Source: Amoebidium appalachense (taxonomy: Eukaryota; Protista; Ichthyosporea). From it: a stretch of 64,000 bases of DNA. The translations under genes and the position numbers were made by a program. Of this stretch, positions 51,594 through 64,000 are shown piece by piece. Position 1 is the stretch's first letter. Every line of letters begins with the position of its first letter. The DNA lies in assembly GCA_963693365.1 (NCBI GenBank), contig CAVNZM010000006.1, positions 2,666,001 to 2,730,000 on the forward strand, written 5' to 3'. The notes below the pieces were generated by a model. That model ran no database searches. It saw only the letters and a list, made by a program, of their open reading frames with translations, and was not told where the DNA came from.

Positions 51594-52147
51594 GGCCCCC
51601 TTCCCCCCCCCCCCCCCAAAAAACACCAGCACTATCACTTCTAGCCCTACCGCCCGTGACACCACCATGAAATGCCACGCCTGTCTCTCTCTGCTCCCTC
51701 CTCCCCTACGTACGAATCACGTACCTGACCCGCTCACAAGACTGGGGTGCTGCCCCGGGTTAAATTTTACGGATGTTTGACAATGAGTGTTGTGTTAGCG
51801 ATTAATAAGGGAACCTCTTGGTACATTGTACATTGGTGTGTATTGGGAGACGGTGGCTCCTTTGCGGCTAAAGCGTCCTGCGCGCGTGAATTTCAAACGG
51901 CTTAGAAGCATAAAATATGGAATAAAATCTCCACACACATACCCATGGCTCCACCAGAACGTGGCTCAGTAACATGTACTGTAACATCTCATGTACGGAC
52001 TATCTCACGGGCCTCTTTGATCCCCCCCCCCCCCCTCCCCCTCCCCCCCCTTCCTCCCCCCCCCCCCCCCCCCCCCCAAGAATCCCCTTCCCCATAACAC
52101 CAGCACTATCACTTCTACCCCTACCACTCCGAAACAGCACCATGAAA

Positions 52148-52187
<40 letters not shown>

Positions 52188-52390
52188 CACGGTGAATATG
52201 TTAGACCATTAGTGGTGTATTAGCGACTAATAATGGAACCTCTTACAGTGGTACATTGTACATTAGTGTGTATAAGGAGACGGTGGCTCCTTTGAGGCTG
52301 TAAGTGTCCTGCGCGCGATGATTTCAAGTGGGATAAAATATGCAACTTAAATTTTCCACCGTCACATACCCACCGTCACATACCCCGTAA
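51428..52390. repeat. Diverged tandem duplication (about 0.4-0.55 kb units)
   Basis: 51428-51945 and 51995-52390 share CGGAC.ATCTCAC.GG.CTCTTTGATCC, CACCAGCACTATCACTTCTA, CACCATGAAATGCC, GGTACATTGTACATT and GGAGACGGTGGCTCCTTTG in the same order. Confidence 0.85.
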
Positions 52391-52903
52391 CTTCAAATGC
52401 AACAACCTGCAGCTGTACATGCTCCCCTGCAATCCCTCGGTTGTTGTTGTGGTTTGTGTGTATTTGTTTATGTGTGTGTGGGGGGGGGGAGGGGAGGGGG
52501 GGAGGGGGGGGGGGGGGGGGGGGGGATAAGATTGGGTGGCCGTGGGGCTACCCAAACTCAAAGATGCTAGTATATTACTCTCCATTGCCCCCTGTAAGCC
52601 TTCTCTTAAATCTCTTTTGCAACTGCAGATTTTAGCACATGGCATGCATTGCCCAGTGCGCAAGGCATATGAAATACCTAGAATTCCGACGTTTGCACCC
52701 CCCATGCGATTGGGAACTGCCAGTGAAGTTTAGATATCATGCCTTCTCCCATTCCCCCCTCCCCCACAAAGGAGGGCGGTAAAAAACATCGGGAAATGTC
52801 ACGCACACACCACACACACAGTGCCACGATTCGTGGCAAATCCGTTGTGCCCACATGCCATAGTAATTAAAACACAAAGATTGCTAATGACATATAATAT
52901 AAA

Positions 52904-52969
<66 letters not shown>

Positions 52970-53156
52970 CATTGCACCCACCCACACCCACATAATCAGT
53001 GCATCGATATCCACACATGCACACTGTGGCACGAGCACACCGGCACACATACCAGATATGGGCATGACACAAAATATAGTACACAAGTATGTCGTGGGTA
53101 CTCATCACCAATCTCGATATCCTCTTCCACAGCCCCCCTCCGACATACACTCACAG

Positions 53157-53196
<40 letters not shown>

Positions 53197-53491
53197 CCCC
53201 CTCCATCCCCCCCCTCCCGCCCCCGTTTAGCCCGTTCTGCAACCTCCCGTGCACATAGAGTCAGCAACCACGAATAAGAGACTCCAACGAGATATTTGTG
53301 TACTATATTTTGATGATGCATATTTATCAAGAAACTTTCTGAGGAGTCACATAGATATAAATCGAAGGAGCGGGAGAGGGAGGTGGGGGGGGGGGGGGGG
53401 GGGGGGATGCTGGTGCACGTTGGGAAAGGGAGGGAGGATGGGCCAGGAGGGGGATGGGCCGGGGGTTCACGTTTGCCACGTTGTACTGGCT

Positions 53492-53526
<35 letters not shown>

Positions 53527-54266
53527 CCCACCGGCCCCACAAATGAAAGGCACACACCACGGCTTAAACACATGCATACACAAACATGCGTGCACGTCAC
53601 ACACATTACATATGTGAATGCACTGCGGAGACTCATGACAAACATGATAATCCAGCTCGAGCTCGTGCCACATGTGGACTTTGAGCTGTGTATGTGCACA
53701 CACAACCTGGTATCAGTACACTGATATGGGAGTGGGCCCTACGTTCGTGGTGTTTTTGGAAGCTATTGATTGTATTATTGTGTTGGGTGCATGAAGTTAT
53801 TTACTATAATATGCCAGACGTTCTTTTTAAAAGGAGAAAGGGAAGGCCTACGGGGGACAATGGCGGGGGTTGGGGGCGGGCTCAGGGGTGCATAGGTGGG
53901 GTGGGGTAGGGGTGCACTATAGTGTGTGTGTATATATGGGGGGGGGGGGGGGGGGGGGGCGGGGGCTGCCGCTGCATGAGGCCATATATGCTTCGCCATA
54001 TATGAGGCCCGCAATTAATGCACTGCTTGCACTTAAGGCCAGGCGATTAAGGGTTCATACACGTGTGAAAAGATGCCAGACATCACATAGGTTAGTTCAA
54101 TGCGGCCGGGGTGCGTTTGTGCGTGTTTTTTATATTATATTTAATTTTTATTAATTTAAAAAAAAAATTTTGGGGGGGAGGGGGGGGGGGGTTTGGTTGT
54201 TTGTGTGTTTTTATTACTTGTATTTAGTTTTATTAATATATATTCTTTTTTCTTTTCTTTTTTTTT

Positions 54267-54323
<57 letters not shown>

Positions 54324-55074
54324 GGGGGGTGCTAAGGATAGTACACTCATGTGGGGATCGACCGTACGTCTGTGCCTCTCGATTCAGAAGCTAAACAACA
54401 AGAAATAGAACACACAGCTGGATTCGTGGAAGTGCATGTGCCTGCGTCCTTTTGGATGTGTACGCATGACGGGTGTTCACATGCACAAAGAAAGAGTGGC
54501 TAGTAACACAAATTGTCAAATACACACACAATCCCGTGGTGGTCAACTCGTTTGCCTCAAGGCACTGACACGGATGGACACTCTCGTGCTTGCAGCCTTA
54601 GTGGTAGGTCTTTATTATCAGGACCATGTCCTATCATGTCTACAATCCAATGTTTCTTGTTATTAAACTTTACTCTATTTACGTAAACGGTTGTTTTGTG
54701 TGCTTACGTATACAAAGGTGCTCTGGTCGTGAGTGTTATGCAGGAATATAGGAGAAGGTATGGGGAACCGCGTATACCGGTATCACCATAACATCAAGAA
54801 ACATGTCTACAATCCCATGTGACGAACGTTTAAGCAAAGCTATCCTATCCAACCCAACTGTGTTATCCCCTTGAATCCGACTGACAAACCCAGATCAATC
54901 GGTTCTAGTAGTCACAGCGTAGTGCACACAGGTGGCCAAGTGTACTGTTGGACCTGTGCCTCCCCCCCCCCCCCCCCCCTTCTCTCGGGGATGACGGACA
55001 AGAGAAAACCCAAAGAGAAACCATGCACGAGATAGCCTTGAGAGGAGAGGACACAAACCATCTGAACAACAAGC

Positions 55075-55270
55075 ATGCAGAACATGCAAGCCCAACTGCA
55101 TCAGTACTACAGACTGGGTGGTGCAGCAGGCCTTGAGCGCAGCAGCCGATCCGGAATGTCCTCCTTCTTGTGTTCCGCTACCCACAGCGGCTTGCCCTGT
55201 GACCATGTGACGGTCGCGCCCCCAGTCTTGGAAACTGTGACGACGAATTCTATATCAGGCAAGACTCTCA
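55075..55270 (+). pseudogene. Degenerate SWIM zinc-finger-like fragment (MULE transposase remnant)
   Basis: SSFLCSATHSGLPCDHVTVA resembles the SWIM motif CxC...G(I/L)PCxH, with the first Cys missing. Located near other MULE-like fragments. Confidence 0.4.
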
Positions 55271-55324
55271 GTAATACTCGGGGAGGGGGGGGGGGGGGGG
55301 GGGGGGGGGGGTGGAGTCGGTAAT

Positions 55325-62620
<7,296 letters not shown>

Positions 62621-62709
62621 TAAGTGGAGAGTTTGGGGGGGGGGGGGGGGGGGGGACTGGACCATAATACGGGGGGGGGGGGGGGGTCTGGATGTTCTTT
62701 TCGGTGCTG

Positions 62710-62806
<97 letters not shown>

Positions 62807-62987
62807 TGTTCGTGTGTGGTGTGTCCGGAGAGGGGAAGGTGGGTTTGGGGAGGGGGAGGGGGGGGGGGGGAAGAGAGAGAGAGAGAGAGAGCAAAGGGAT
62901 CATGGAAGAAGCACGATATCGCTGGACCATAGTACGGAAGGGGTCTGGGTGTTCTTTTCGCTGTTGGTGTGCATATATATATTTATA

Positions 62988-63030
<43 letters not shown>

Positions 63031-63642
63031 TGTGTGGTGTTTGTGTGTGCACGTACGAGTGCGAGTGCGAGTGAGCCTATGCCTGCACACATTTTGTGTG
63101 TATGTGGTGTGTGTGCATATGAGGTACATCGGAGCTAATGTGTTTGCGCATCTGTGTACGTGTGGGGCCTTGATTTTTGGGTCGGTGTATATGTTTAAGG
63201 AATGAGTGCCGTGTCCGTTTCCACGGCAATGAATGCCGAGAGGGGAGAGGGGGGGGGGGGAGGTATATGCGTTAGAGAGGGGAACTTGCCGAGGCAAAGG
63301 AATTCAGAATCATATACACAAAAAACATAAAGGCAAAAACCAGTAAATAAAAATTGTTCAGGCAAGAGATACTTATATAGGACCCATTGGGAGGATGGCA
63401 GTTGAAGCAGGTAAAAGCTTAAGAGCCACGTAGAATACTAACACGGTTCAAAGGCAGAGTATGCGAGACATACAAATAAAACATACACCTGACGAAGGGG
63501 AGGGGGGAGGGGGGGTTATTTAGAACCCCAAAATGAAGACCAGTATAATACGCAGAAGGGGAGGGGTGGGGTGGAGAGGGGGAGCTTAGGAAGAAGGCAG
63601 GAATGATTGCAATAGGCAGAAGAGTGGAAACGGGGGGGATAG

Positions 63643-63673
<31 letters not shown>

Positions 63674-64000
63674 AAAGTAAAAACGTTTGCCGCGAACATG
63701 AGGACTGCAACAACTGGATGCCAGCAGTCATCAAAATCGATAACTGCTGAACGAGGGAGAAAGCGGGTGGTGGTAGCACAAGGGAGGGGGACAGACACAA
63801 AGCAATCAGCAGCCAGAAAGAAAAGAGAAAGGATGATGGCACTTCTGTTTGAAGACTAGGCCACCGGGGCCTTCCGGGGGGGGGGGGGGGGGGGAGGGGG
63901 GGTTCGAACGGTGCAAAATATACGTGGGGACGCTCGTTCGTACAGCTATGTCTGGGAGAGCAGGGGTCCTCCGTGGGGATTTGTGAGGAAGAGACGAAGA

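Overview
Eukaryotic genomic DNA saturated with (CA/GT)n, (CT/AG)n and poly-C/poly-G tracts. Most entries in the ORF track are repeat artefacts, so I rebuilt the spliced genes by hand from phase-compatible GT-AG exons. Five genes are supported: (1) an intronless, strongly GC3-biased MFS transporter of the OFA/MCT-like type (1028-2668, +); (2) a three-exon secreted single-domain TIMP/NTR-like protein (10473-13400, -) that no single ORF captures; (3) MAD1 spindle-checkpoint protein with at least 23 exons (17500-34475, +; 5' end unresolved), with divergent RLK and Mad2-binding motifs; (4) a six-exon 189-aa protein of unknown function (36213-38973, -); (5) a 12-exon chorismate synthase with no transit peptide (39883-46885, +). 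The last points to a non-animal eukaryote with a cytosolic shikimate pathway (fungus or protist; inference). The right third holds Mutator-like transposase fragments (DNA-binding domain, CCHC knuckle, SWIM remnant) and a ~7.3 kb complex tandem array of nine units sharing an invariant exon-like core. The window also contains several MITEs, an 83-bp-arm hairpin, and a ~160-bp dispersed element whose intronic copies are all sense to the host gene. All family assignments are by eye; no searches were run.
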